NCBI RefSeq assembly: GCF_006345805.1
Contig: NC_043000.1
Coordinates: forward strand, 138,942,001-139,006,000
Length of the DNA stretch: 64,000 nucleotides
Origin: Octopus sinensis
Taxonomy: Eukaryota
Direction of reading: 5' to 3'
Shown: piece by piece, positions 25,275 through 38,113 of the stretch
Layout: every line of letters begins with the position of its first letter
Position numbering within the stretch: position 1 is the first letter of the stretch
Program-made: the position numbers and the translations under genes
The notes under the pieces: generated by a model
What the model was told of the DNA's origin: nothing
The model's database searches: none
Seen by the model: only the letters and a program-made list of their open reading frames with translations

Positions 25275-25675
25275 TACTCTTTACTCTTTATTCTCTTTTA
25301 CTTGTTTCAGTCATGTGATTGTGGCCATGCTGGAGCACCGCCTTTAGTCGAAGCAAATCGACCCCAGGACTTATTCTTTGTAAGCCTAGTTCTTGTTGTA
25401 TCAGTTTCTTTTGCCAAACTGCTAAGTTATGGGGATATCGATTGTCAAGCGATGTTGGGAGGGGGACAAACACAGACATACAAACATAAACAAACACATA
25501 CACATATATCCGACCGGCTTCTTTTAGTTTCTGTTTGCCAAATCCACTCACAAGGCTTTGGTTGGCTCGAGGCTATAGTAGAAGACACTTGCCCAAGGTG
25601 TCATGCAGTGGGACTGAACCCAGAACCACGTAGTTCATAAGCAAGCTACTTACCACACAGCCACTCTACGCCTAT
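25275..25675 (-). mobile_element. SINE family A
   Basis: Full-length match with (TTTACTC)n tail on +. Confidence 0.85.
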
Positions 25676-26464
25676 AGAAGATATATTTTCCATAATCTGG
25701 CTCACAATTTAAATAAGTCAAAGTTACTTAAGTAGCTGTTTTGATAATCTGTCCAGGACATCTACGACAATTAAAATAGGATTCATTCAACCAACCAAAA
25801 ATAGCAGCCAAGTTTTCTTCAAATCATAACCTACTGTCTTATATGAAGGATACATTAGATAATGTAGTCTTTGATAAATCATATCTTAAAAGTTTTATAT
25901 GATGGTTAATACAGGAAAAAACTTTAAACATTGGTCTGCTCAGTTATAGTTGACTTTCCTCTTAACAACAACAACTGGAATAACATTTGAATGCCCGAGA
26001 GATTTGTCTTGCATTCTTTTTCCTTTCGTCATCATGTAACAAGCAAATATATGCAACATTTGGTTTTACATTGCAACCAAAAGTAAGCGATCCATTTATA
26101 TTTCATTACTCTCCTTCCTTTTATAATCACATAAGAAGAAGCATCAAAATACCTTTCGATGTTACTACTTCAAATCCTGACTGAATAAACCAAGATTACA
26201 GCCATCTCCTTACTAGTTTTGATTAATAATTATCATGGGATATTACATTATTGATTTGTTATTCATGGCTAAGTATCTTGTTTTGATCTTTTGAAATATA
26301 TAATAAATGCAGATTAAAATATTTTTTGTATTAGCAGAAATAGTGTTACATTGAATTTTCTATTTGCTGTAAATTCTTCCCACATGTCACATTTAAGCTG
26401 AGCCACCAAGTTCATGTTCATCCCAATAAGGTTTTATTCCATTATTGATATTAAACATCACATG

Positions 26465-26685
26465 TATTTCTTTACTACCCACAAGGAGGGGACAAACAAG
26501 GACAGATAAACGGATTATGTTGATTACATCGACCCCAGTGCGTAACTGGTACTTAATTTATCGACCCCGAAAAGATGAAAGGCAAAGTCGACCTCAGCAG
26601 AATTTGAACCCAGAACGTAACGGCAGACGAAATATGGCTACGCATTTCGCACGGTGTGCTAACGTTTCTGCCAGCTCACCGCCTT
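26465..26685 (-). mobile_element. SINE family B
   Basis: Match to the family; flanked by AAACATCACATG direct repeats. Confidence 0.85.
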
Positions 26686-27158
26686 CAAACATCACATGAT
26701 TATACCATATGCTTTTTGGTGGGCAGTCCAGCTTCTTGCTTGGTAATTCTTTTAAAGTTTGTCTTTTCTAGTATCATTCTGTCAATGTACAATTTGCCTC
26801 TTCTAGTAGCATTCTGCCAATATAATAGTAAGTTTCTGGTCAGATTCAGTATCCTTCAGTTTCCTTTCTCTTCCCAAGGTGATAGATCTTTTTTGTGTAG
26901 CAGGAAGTATATGCCATCAGCTATCATTCATATTAATGCATCCTTATTAGTGGTACACATGGGATAACCTGAGCCAATACATAAATCCACCACTACACAA
27001 TTACTCAACATTCTATAAAAAGCAGTCAAATATTTTGTAAATCACATATGACCATCTTCAAAAACGACAGGTAAATAGTAACACACTGCATAATATATTC
27101 ATGAATATCTGCTGCCAGAGAAAAAGTGTGGATAGTCACTGTAAGAATTCCCTTCATC

Positions 27159-27592
27159 TTAGCTTCCCAACCACATGGTTCCCGACTCAGTCCTACTGCG
27201 TAGAACCTTAGGCAAGTCTCTTCTACTATAGTTGTGGGCTGACCAAATCCTCATGAATGGATTTGATAGATGGAAACTGAAAGAATTCTGTCGATGAGCT
27301 AAACTGGCAAAATGACCATTCCGAAATATAACAATATTTGTTTCAACACACGACTTCACATAAGAAATCTTGCACAACATAAATGTATTTATATATGGGC
27401 TCCTTGAGAGCGGTCAGCTAAAAGTTTTTTGTGCATTTTGATGTCGACATAAGTTCCTTGATTTTTCTGATGAGAAATCTGCATAATGTACTCCTTATTC
27501 CTTTGGAATTAGGAATATGCAGCCTTCGAAACATATGTCGAGAATAAAGGATATTTGTTAACTAGTCGTTCAACTCCATTCTTTCATATACT

Positions 27593-27629
<37 letters not shown>

Positions 27630-27838
27630 TTGTGTGTATCTGTGTTTGTCCCCCCACCTTCGTTTGACAACCAATGTTGGTGTGTTTACATCCCCGTAAC
27701 TTAGCAGTTTGATGAAAGAGATCAATAAATAAGTACTAGGTTTACAAAAAATAAATCCTAGGGGGTCGATCTGTTCGACGAAAAGGTGGTGCTCCAGCAT
27801 GGCCGCAGTCAAATGATTGAAACAAGTAAAGAATAAGG
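27159..27838 (+). mobile_element. SINE family A with a ~290-bp insert in its central microsatellite
   Basis: 5' part at 27159-27294; 3' part at about 27590-27838. Confidence 0.75.
27456..27550 (+). ncRNA. Type-I hammerhead ribozyme with intact core and long stem II
   Basis: CCTTGATTTTT-CTGATGA(27467)-stem II (CTGCATA/TATGCAG)-GAAA(27528)-catatg-TC-GAGAATAAAGG. Stem III is the palindrome ACATATGT. Confidence 0.8.
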
Positions 27839-28376
27839 AATATATATATGATATTTTATCTTTTAGTATAAAAAGAGTGACTCCTTAGTTTTCCACGACA
27901 CGTATTCTATGGTACATTAAACAAGATTCTGTGTCAAAGGTGAGAAAATACTTGTAAACTTTTTCCGCTTTAAACACCCCGAAATCAATCTTGATCATTT
28001 TTTGAGATCGTTTAGGATTTTTTTGCGTAAATATACTCATTTCTCTTTTTTTTTGTATTCCCAATCCTGTTTCCACATGTTATATCCTTCAGCATTGTTT
28101 TATGCTTTTCCCTTAAATACTTAACTATTATTTCTTTGATTCATTTGCAAATGGCTCTCATTTCTCAATGTAATTTCACGTAGCCCACTTGTTTATAGAA
28201 TGTCCTTAATATATTTATCCTCCTTCTCTTTTATTGGTATTGATTGATCTATTGTTGGTATGCATTTTATTCTCCATGTCTTTGCTTTTATACTTAGTTC
28301 CAAATGTTATTCTATTACATCAGGTACACGTTTTTCCCGTAACCTATATTTTCATTAAAATCTTACATAGAACTTG

Positions 28377-28685
28377 GCATTCCTTCGTTTCAACTCGACA
28401 AAACCATAACAAGGACCTCGTTTGTTTCCATGACAACTCGACAATTCACTTCAGATATCTTCGTGACCTCTGTGACACTGTGCGTGTTCTGTTTTTATGT
28501 ATTTATGTGTTGTGGAATATAGATATAACGAAATTATGCCAGCAAAAAGCCTTGCATATTTGTTCTTACCTGTTTCCTGTGTGTATGTTTGGAGGACACG
28601 AAGATATCTGAAGTGAATTGTAGAGTTGTCACGGAAACAGCCAAGGCCTTGTTATGGTTTTGTTGAGTTAAAACGAAGGAACGCC
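28377..28685. repeat. Inverted repeat pair (arms about 95 bp)
   Basis: 28377-28470 versus 28592-28685 (ACAATTCACTTCAGATATCTTCGTG / CACGAAGATATCTGAAGTGAATTGT). Confidence 0.8.
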
Positions 28686-28872
28686 TAGAACTTTCTTTGG
28701 ATATTTTCCTAAACTGTGGTCAGATTACGCAACTCTTGGAGTTCTTTCATGAGTCATTCCTTTGTTCTTCCCCACATTTATTATATGTAAATTACTGTTT
28801 TCAACAGTAGCATATGAACTGTGTTCTTGTGGTACAAAACATTATCTTTTGGGAGTTTAGAATTGTGTCTGT

Positions 28873-29040
28873 TTTATTTACATTATTTACATTTGTGGGA
28901 TATTTGTCCACATCTTGTTGATATACTCTTCAGTCTTCATCAGGTGTCTTGGGTAAATTTCGAACCTGGTTTCTCGTTCCTAAGGTATCCGTCAAATGTA
29001 AATAATTTAAATAATTCCTCATCTCTTAAATATAGAACTG
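28873..29040 (-). mobile_element. Internally inverted copy of the 7876-8047 hammerhead-bearing unit
   Basis: 28873-28988 is antisense (CAAGACACCTGATGAAG kept, GAAA half deleted); 28986-29039 is the sense 3' end. Confidence 0.7.
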
Positions 29041-29515
29041 CATGTGTCTGTTTTGTTTTGTTTTGTTTCTGGTATTACTTAAGTATTTTTGTTGATGTGT
29101 AGAATATGTACCCTGTAAGTTGTCCTATGTTCTCGTGTAGTAATTGTGTTGTATATGTATTAAATATTTATTTTCTTCATTTTCTTTTCATTTTAACTGG
29201 CAGAAGAAACCAGAGAGTCTGAAACAGAAGAGCACTGATTAAATGTCAACTATTTAGTTTAGCTTCATGCTTTCTGTTCTCATACAACCAGAGGTCAATA
29301 CTGAAAATATTAGGTATTTATTGGGGCTTTTCAGTCAACAATAAGCTTTCACTTCAAATGTGTTGCCATTTAACAACGTAAGAAATTATTTTTGTTGCTG
29401 TTGTTGCTATTATTATTACTGTAGCAGCAGCAGCAGTACTAGCAGCAGTACTAGCAGCAGCAGTAGTAGTAGTAGTAGTAGTAGCAGCAGCAGCAGTAAT
29501 AGCAGCAGCAGCAAG

Positions 29516-29710
29516 AATTTGGACCTGGAGATCTCCATTTCCAGCGACTTCAAGGGCCACCCCGCAGTGGTGTTGGGCGTCAATGAAGAGCCCTGGACTA
29601 CAACAAGACGACCAAAGTTATTTTTTTCCAAGGTCTGGGATCTCCCGCCCCTAAGCCCTAGACCATCACCTAATCACCCTTACCCATCTTGTTGCTTAAC
29701 AACAACAACA
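29516..29710 (+). mobile_element. LINE 3' end with (AAC)n tail
   Basis: The terminal AATCACCCTTACCCATCTTGTTGCTTAACAAC is shared with the element at 34720-35060. Confidence 0.55.
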
Positions 29711-30774
29711 GCAGCAGCAGCTACAGTAGTAGTAGTAGTACGTTTGTTTGCTAAAGAAAAATCTTTAGAATCAGGATAATTACTTGCTGGTTTCGAGGAA
29801 GAAGTGTGTTATGTGAAGAAATTATCATTAATAGTGTGATGGAATTAGTCTCATGACACTTTAGAAGTGAAAGCTGAAAAGGTTAAAAAAAAGCTAAGAC
29901 GTATTGATAAATTTGAAGTGGAGGCTTATAACTATATGATATGGAGAATAAAATGCACTGATTCTTACATGGAAAACTCACTGATAGTATTTTATATCTC
30001 TTATAGATCACGTACATTATTATACTTTATTGTTATGTATTAGTTTTATAACTTTGTTTAGCAATATCTTTAAGGACTTGTTAAATAAAATATATTTGTT
30101 TGATAAATCTTTATTTTACATTACCGTTGGGTATACTAACTTTTTGAAAATATTTACTTTCGGTTGCATTGTGATTTTTGCAAGATTGATTTTTCTATTT
30201 GTGATATGAAAGTAAATCAATGATATGTGCATCCCTTGTGAATTGGAAATGACTGTTGAAAAGCTTTGAAACATTTAACATTAACAGAATTTGAAAAATC
30301 ACTGAAATTTCTGTTGCATGACCCCAGCGTGTATCTCTTTGAGTTTTCAAGATTTGACCTTTGAGAAATCTTTTAAATCTATTTCAGTCTTTCTTCAAAT
30401 GAGTAAAGACGAAATTGAAAACAAAAATCTATCGTACAAAGAACACTGGCATATTTTCAAAATTTCATTGCAGAGATACGTTACATTGTTTGTTAGAACA
30501 AATCAGAATTTTATAATTGTAGATTTGAATGTCAAACGTTTATGAAAAAGGAAAGAAAAAGAGAAATCAAGTCAATAAGAAATATAGTAGCTCATTGATG
30601 CAGCATCATTTAAAAGAGTTACAATTGCAGTTTCGGAGTTTTATGATATATGATATAACCTTTTGTGTTTCTGGTGATAATAACGTAAGCAACAGTGGAA
30701 TATTTACCTCCAGTACTCATATTTTTGGTAGCACAAATCCACATAGCTAAATCCTGCCAAGAAAAATATTGGTT

Positions 30775-31410
30775 TTAGAGTTTGGTATAAGGCCAGGAAT
30801 TTTGAAGGAGGTTGCTAGTCGATTACATCGATCCCATTCAACTAGGGTACTTGATTTATCGATCCTCAAAAGGATAAAAGTCAAAGCCAACCGCATCAGA
30901 ATTTAAACTCAGGAGAGTTGGCAGAAACATTAGCACGCCAGGTGAAATGCTTAGCGGTATTTCGTCTGCCGCTACGTTCTGAGTTCAAATTCCACCAAGG
31001 TCAACTTTGCCTTTTATCCTTTCGGGGTCGATTAAATAAGTACCAGTTACACACTGGGGTCGATATAATCTACTTAATCCATTTTATCTGTCCTTGTTTG
31101 TCTCCTCTGTGTTTAGCCCCTTGTGGGTAATAAAGAAATAGGTATTTCGACTGCCGCTATGTTCTGAGTCCAAATTCCGCCGAGGTCGACTTTGCCTTTC
31201 ATCCTTTCGGGTTCGATTAAATAAGTACCAGTTACACACTGGGGTCGACATAATCTACTTAATCCATTTGTCTGTCCTTGTTTATCCACTCTATGTTTAG
31301 CCCCTTGTAGGCAGTAAAGAAATTAGAATTTAAACTCAGAACATGCTGACAGACAAGGTGTCACTAAGCATTTTGCCTGGCATGCTAATGATTCTGCCAG
31401 TTCACCACCT
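30775..31410. mobile_element. Nested SINE B cluster: + strand dimer (30913-31324) inside an older - strand copy
   Basis: 15-bp TSD AGAATTTAAACTCAG at 30898-30912 and 31325-31339. Confidence 0.8.
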
Positions 31411-31685
31411 TGTGCCAAGAGAAATATTAAAATTTTCAGTCACCCTATTTTGTAAAATGCTGCTTAACTTTAGGTTCTGCAATATTAAATAGAAGATAAA
31501 AAACTTTTGCGCTCTACCAGATATTCTTCTGTCCCAGGCTGCTTTACTTAGATTTCTTTTCTGTTTCTTTAGATTAGTATCAAACATTATTGATTGCAAG
31601 TATCCATTCGGTTAAGCACTGGTCCACTACTACATTTCTAGAAGTTTGAAAAGTAAAGATTTGTGTATAGTAAGTGAAATTTAAG

Positions 31686-31899
31686 TACTCTTTTACTCCT
31701 TTCAGTCATTTGACTGCGGCCATGCTGGAGCACCACCTTTAGTCGAGCAAATCGATCCCAGGACTTATTGTTTGTAAGCCTAGTGCTTACTCTATTGGTC
31801 TCTTTTGCCGAACCGCTAAGTTATGGGGACATAAACACACCAGCATCGGTTGTCAAGTGATGTTGTGGGGACAAACACAGACATACAAACACAGACATA

Positions 31900-31937
<38 letters not shown>

Positions 31938-32108
31938 AACATATATACGACAGGCTTCTTTCAGTTTCCATCTACCAAATTCACTCACAAAGTTTTGGTC
32001 GGCCTGGGGCTATAGTAAAAGACACTTGCACAAGGTGTCACACAGTGGGAGTGAACCTGGAACCATATGGTTGGTAAGCAAGCTACTTACCACACAGCCA
32101 CTCCTGTG
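31686..32108 (-). mobile_element. SINE family A
   Basis: Full-length match. Confidence 0.85.
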
Positions 32109-32619
32109 TATGCTTATTTGGTGCACTATTTTATTGAGTTTTTCATCAATGTATGACAGGCTTTATTGAGTCTTTTATACATATCTTACAGGCTTCTATA
32201 GAGTCTCTATCCACCAAATTTTACACACAAGACATTGATCAACATGAAGTCAAAGAGACACTTCCCCAAATGTTTCCCCATGGGATTAAACCCAGAACCA
32301 GTTAGTTACAAATAAAATGTACTTAACCACACAGTTATGTCTGAATCATTTGTTACAAAATTTACACCACTTCACATGTTCTCTAGACTTTTTTTTATCA
32401 GAAGATTTAAAAAGGAAGACAGTGACCATGACTCCTTACATGGACCCCAGGATTGGTGGGAAGGAAGAAAGAAGGTACTCTTGAACTTAGGGCAGGGTCT
32501 GAACAGTTACAACAGAGAGGACTCTACTAAAGACACGTAAGATACCAAGTGGTGTTGTTAAACAGGTGATGGATGAAGTCTGCTTCCCAGATGCCTACCT
32601 GTATTGCTCTTAATGCTTA

Positions 32620-33280
32620 CCTGTCTTTCTTCTGTTGCCTCCCCCTGTTGCTTTCAATTTTTCTTCCTCTCTCTTTTTTGGTACTCTCTCTTTGTCTCAG
32701 TTATTTTGTTTCTCTCACTTCAGGTTTTTTTTTTCTCTCTCTCTCTCTTTCATGATACACTCAATTGGTCTCTCCCACTTTCTCTCTAATTTCTTCTCCC
32801 CCCACCTCTTCTCTCTCACCCTTTACCTTTTTTTTCTCTTAAATGTCTCACATTCATCTTTCTGTCCTGAGTACTTGCTTTCTCAATCAATCCGTTTCTT
32901 CATGCTACCATCATTCTTTCTATCTATTTCTTTTTCTCTGTCTCTATCTCGTGAATAGCATCTACTTCACAGCATCTTCCTGTCTCTTTACTCCTCTCTT
33001 CATCTCCCCACCCATATCTCCATTCTTTCTCTCTCCCCTTTCCCTCCACCTCTTTCATTCTAGCACGATTTACCTATTCATTTATCCAAATCTTTCTCTC
33101 TTTCACAGGATTTATTTATTGTTCTTCACTACTCTCTCCTCTCTCTTTCTCTACTCTTATTAATTCTTACTATTTATCTCTCTCTCACTCTCCCTCTCTC
33201 TCTTACTCTCCATCTCTCTCTCTTACTCTCCCTCTCTCTCTCTTACTCTCCCTCTCTCTCACTCTCCCTCTCTCACATAC
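32620..33280. repeat. Long CT-rich low-complexity tract
   Basis: About 660 bp strongly pyrimidine-biased on +. Confidence 0.8.
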
Positions 33281-33994
33281 ACACATGCACACACGCATAC
33301 GCATGTACACACACACACACATGCGCAAACAAACAATTGTTTCTGGCCTTCTTTGCTGCTTGATATCATTTATATTTTCTGTATCAGTGACATTCTCATT
33401 ACTGTCAAATATAAATCCTAACATGCATTCACCCTTCCTCCCCAACACTGCCACATTAAATTCAAACCAGGAGAAATACTTTATAAAATAAAAAAAACCA
33501 ACAAAATCCACCATGAACACACTTATATGTACACACAGTCACATGCACATAGATGCAACTATTTTATATACAAAATTCTGAAAATTCATGAACCATGTGT
33601 GAGTTTGTACAAATCCACATAAAAACAATATACTTATAAATACATACATACTTCTTCACATGGCTCAGCATTGTCATACACTAATTTCTGAACGTGCATA
33701 CATATGTCTATAAACATGCATATATACATCGCAAATTATTTTTTTTGCCCCAAATTTTGCTATTTCAGTTGTAAATATATTTATCATATTTGTTCATTAA
33801 TTGACCCAACTTATTGTTAATATTATTTCCTTAAAACTAAAAATATAGATATAAAATTGTTTAATTTAGTATTTCACATTTTGTGAAATATTACTCCAGA
33901 TTATTATATTACTCAACATTTTCTTTCTTTTAATTCTTCCATGAATATTCAAATAAACTGGTAAAGAAGAACAGATTTATCATTCTTGCAAATT

Positions 33995-34012
33995 AATACA
34001 CACATATATGGT

Positions 34013-34044
<32 letters not shown>

Positions 34045-34075
34045 CATATATTATATATATATATATATATTATAT

Positions 34076-34125
<50 letters not shown>

Positions 34126-34366
34126 TATATACACACACACATATATATATACATATACATATATATACACACATATATATATATACATATATATATACAC
34201 ACACACATATACATATACACACATACAGATATATATACACACATACAGATATATTATATTTATATATATATATACTTACACACATATATATACACTTACA
34301 TATATATTATATTTATTTATATATACATACACACACACACACACATATATATCTGTGTGTGTGTGT
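33995..34366. repeat. Compound (TA)n/(CA)n microsatellite
   Basis: Seen directly; similar tracts at 41400-41512, 42140-42320 and 58877-58961. Confidence 0.95.
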
Positions 34367-34719
34367 ATTATTAAGGAAATTAAGGAAATAAATCTCTGTA
34401 AATACCTCTTTAATGTACTCTGCATAAATAGAATTATGGTTAACAAAGTTGTCTAGTCAAGCTTACAATAACCTGTATGGATTGTTATTTTTTTAAACCT
34501 GAAGTTGATCACCAATTTGTAATATGGATGTATTAAATACACAATGTATTAGTAAAGGTATAACGAATGAAGATGTATTTATCAACAGTTTATTTCACTC
34601 TGCTGATTAAGATGCTTCTGTTTTCGTTAGGGGTACTACCATTGCTGTCGTTGATGTTGTTGTCGTTGGCAATGGTGCTGTTGTTTCCATTTGCGTTTCT
34701 GCTGATGTTGTTGTTGTTG

Positions 34720-35060
34720 TTGTCGTTGTTGTTAAGCAACAAGACGGGTAAGGGTGATTTCACTGCATCCGTTCTGTGGGTTGGGAGACGTCTGGCAGAT
34801 CGGGAGCAGCAGTCCACTTTTCACCAATCCGAAGGACAAGGAGAGGGTCACTGGCCAGAGCGTCTGGGGGTGGGGTTGGCATTTGCAATGGGCGATGGAT
34901 CCATGGACAGTCGTAGATGACATGCTCCGCCGTCTCCTCTCCCACTCTGCACTTTCTGCAGGTTCTGTCTATGGTTCGGTCAATCTTGTAGAGCCAATAC
35001 TTGAGGTCCGGGTGATGACCACTTCTAAGTTGGCTGAGTGCTGCTGCTGCTACTCTTGGT
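34720..35060 (-). mobile_element. I-group-like LINE 3' end with CCHC zinc knuckle
   Basis: LSQLRSGHH...CRKCRVGEETAEHVIYDCP; (AAC)n tail on -. Confidence 0.75.
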
Positions 35061-35481
35061 ACTGACGTCCCTGCTACTGTGATCACCGTCAGAGGAGCTG
35101 CTGATATTGTGCTGCTGCTATGGTCAGCCAATACCTCGGCTTTATAGACGACTACCTTGATTTCGCAGTGGCCCCTCACTGGACATCTGGTGTGGTCCCT
35201 GCATGAACATTCTGCCACTGTTCATGGTCTAGGAATGCTAACTAGAATGCTCTTAATATTGGGGTTACAACTATAATAACCCCTAAAGTTGTGCCTGTTG
35301 GAAATGCATCCACATGTATGTGAACTAATGAAATGTTTATCTATTGACTTAAGGAATATCCTACCTACAGATTTCTGTGACTACAGTTTGTTGCCAAATG
35401 GACACAACCACTTTTGTTGACATCGAGTGATGAGGTCATTTCCTCCTCCATATTCTAGAGAGGCCTTTAGCCAACAAATTT

Positions 35482-35544
35482 TGGTATCTGATGATACACC
35501 ATAAAGCCAAGCCCTTTGTGGACGTGAAACCTAAGGTAATCCCA
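35482..35544 (+). ncRNA. Type-I hammerhead ribozyme with intact core
   Basis: TGGTAT-CTGATGA(35488)-t-ac a CCATAAAG..CTTTGTGG ac gt-GAAA(35526)-cc taa gg-TA-ATCCCA. Confidence 0.75.
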
Positions 35545-36230
35545 TAAACTGGCCTTATGTAACTTTAATATATATATATATGTGTGTGTGTGTGTATGTA
35601 TTTATAACTGCACACAATGTGTCCCACTGAAATCTCTTCCTCTCAACATATCTTCCTTACACTCCTCATTTTTCTTGTGTCCCCTCTGTTTTCTCCCCTC
35701 CATCCGATGAGCAATTCTCTGTATGCTTCACTGAGCAGTAAAAATTATTTGATAATATAGAGTATGGAAACTCGTACATCCACAAAATTTATTTTATAGT
35801 TATATACAGCATATTATAATGACCTGCATATGTTTCAGTTGTAGTGACTACACACTGTTTCAAATGCAGTTTTGCCTTATTCTTGGTTCAGTTTCATCAA
35901 GCTCCATCCATTTGGTCATCTTTGAACTGAATGTATTTATAATATTGTCTGTGTAATAAGTTTACAGTGTGCTTTCCAAAGCTCTCCTTCAGGCATTCAT
36001 TTCCAAATGCTATTATATAGTAAAACATTTCCTTTTACTGGATATACATGTGGAAATCAGCAAGTGTCCATGGAGTATATACAAAAAGAACAATTATACA
36101 AGAAGTTAGAATAAACAGGCTTTATTACAAATCACTAGAATTGTTTTGGTGTATCATTATCAGGTGGTAATTGCTGAATGTTATATATACACATGATTGG
36201 ATTAAAATGATCCAACAATAGTTCTATATA

Positions 36231-36415
36231 TATTTCTTTACTGCCCACAAGGGGCTAAACACAGAGGGGACAAACAAGAACAGACAAAGAGATTAAGTCG
36301 ATTACATCAACCCCAGTGCGAAACTAGTACTTTATTTATCGACCCCGAAAGAATGAAAGGCAAAGTCGACCTCGGCGGAATTTGAACTCAGAACGTAACG
36401 ACAGACGAAATACTG
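36231..36415 (-). mobile_element. SINE family B, 5'-truncated
   Basis: Match to the family. Confidence 0.85.
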
Positions 36416-37199
36416 TGAGTAGGATCCAAACCAAATGTCCAAAACATCTTAAAGTTTAGTACTTCTCTTTGAGGCTAGAAATCTCCTCACCTCAGCAGTT
36501 GATATTTTTGTTACAAATACAACTCACACAAAAGTTATACTCACCTTTCTCATGTACTCAAGTCAAAAATATTCTCGAGCTCTATATAAAAATTTGTCCT
36601 TACACTGATTAGAAAATCTTCTCACATTGACATTCCACACCTACCAATTATGCCAGCCTACTGGCTTCATAATCCATAGTTTTTATTTCTACTATAGCAA
36701 TGGCTTTTCATCACTGAACTTGTGAGTTAAACAGCACACCAATCAAACCCTTCCTAGTTTATTTGCTTCTTATCATTTCATCATCTTTATTGTGCCTCTT
36801 GTTTCAAATCCTTTCAATAAAGACTTTGCTTAATCATTTATCAACAGATTTGAGACTATCTAGATGTTAATTTTGTTATAATTTTCAGCTAAACCATTAA
36901 TCTCATTTGTCACCAGTCTGAGAAGCCTTCAAATACTGTCTACTGCTTCTTATCTTTGAACTAAAATGCAAAAAATTAAATAGGTAATTGCATAGAGTGT
37001 GTATTATGCAAATACTTCGACATTATCAGGAATAACTGGTTCAAACTGTTTCTGAAAGAGCTGAAGTCTTTACTTTGAGATATGGCTTCATATAAGGACT
37101 TTTAAAATAAAGCAAATGTCTCAGTGTCTGGCATTAAGAATAAAATTTGCAAAGACTCTCCCTTCATTGAAAGGAAGTTTTATAAGAAATATAAAAATA

Positions 37200-37832
37200 T
37201 ATTATATGCTGTTTTTGAGAAGACTTGGCAAGTACAAGTGAGACTATAACCTTGTGGCCTATGCCAGGGGTGTAACCAGTCCACTTATGCATGCCTTTCC
37301 TTCATTGGACACTAAACTCTGCTTGCGAAGATCTGTTGAGGCAAGTGAAATCGAAATCAAAATCAAATTCGATTGCTGGCATCCGTGCTAGTGGAGCGCT
37401 AAGAGTACCATACGAGTGAGACCGTTGCCAGAGCAACAAGTTGGCCTCCATGGCGATGGCACATTAAAAACACCATTCAAGCATGATCGTTACCTGCATC
37501 ACCTTACTAGCACTTGTGCTGGTGGCACATGAAAAAAAACATTCGAGCGAGGTCATTGCCAGTGCTGCTGGACTGGCTCCTGTGCAGGTGGCACATAAAA
37601 AGCAGCAGTTGAGCATGGCTGTCGCCAGTACCACCTGACTGGCCCTTGTGCCGGTGGCACATAAAAACACCCACTACACTCTCGGAGTGGTTGGCATTAG
37701 GAAGGGCATCCAGCTGTAGAAACCGCCAGATCAGATTGGAGCCTGGTGCAGCCATCTGGTTCACCAGACCTCAGTCAAATCGTCCAACCCATGCTAGCAT
37801 GAAAAGCGGACGTTAAACGATTATGATGATGA
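37200..37832 (+). mobile_element. RTE-type LINE 3' end and UTR with internal ~55-bp tandem repeats
   Basis: YAVFEKTW-like ORF end, repeated GGTGGCACAT(A/G)AAAA units, GGACGTTAAACGAT..(GAT)n tail. Confidence 0.7.
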
Positions 37833-38113
37833 TTTTAATAATAGCATTTAAAGTAATGGGTTGGAAGAATCATTAGTTATCAGTCAAAGTGATTAGCAGT
37901 ATTTCATTTTGAGATTTCTTATTCTGAGTTACAATCCAGGGGTGTGAACATTTACCTCACCCAATGTCGAAAAAGAAAAAAAAAAACATCAGTCAGCTAC
38001 TATGGTCAATTTAATTGACTGATACTGCAATCTCTCAGGTTTCTTCACACAAAAGATTATGCATGAGAATTCTAAATGAATTGCTTTGTGTGGATGTGAC
38101 TCTTAAATTAAAA

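Noticed and set aside
29204-29242. Possible terminal exon after a strong pyrimidine tract
   Set aside because: Too short to assess, with no homology or supporting upstream exon.
29360-29779. 139-aa Ser-rich ORF
   Set aside because: Product of (AGC/AGT)n repeats plus a LINE end.
33993-34391. YI/CV-rich ORFs (also at 41.2-43.3 kb and 47.8-48.1 kb)
   Set aside because: Translations of dinucleotide and tetranucleotide microsatellites.
37440-37670. Spaced GGTGGCACAT repeats resembling a CRISPR array (also at 54130-54270)
   Set aside because: The intervening sequences resemble each other, the repeats are degenerate and lie in RTE-type UTR sequence, and there are no cas genes.
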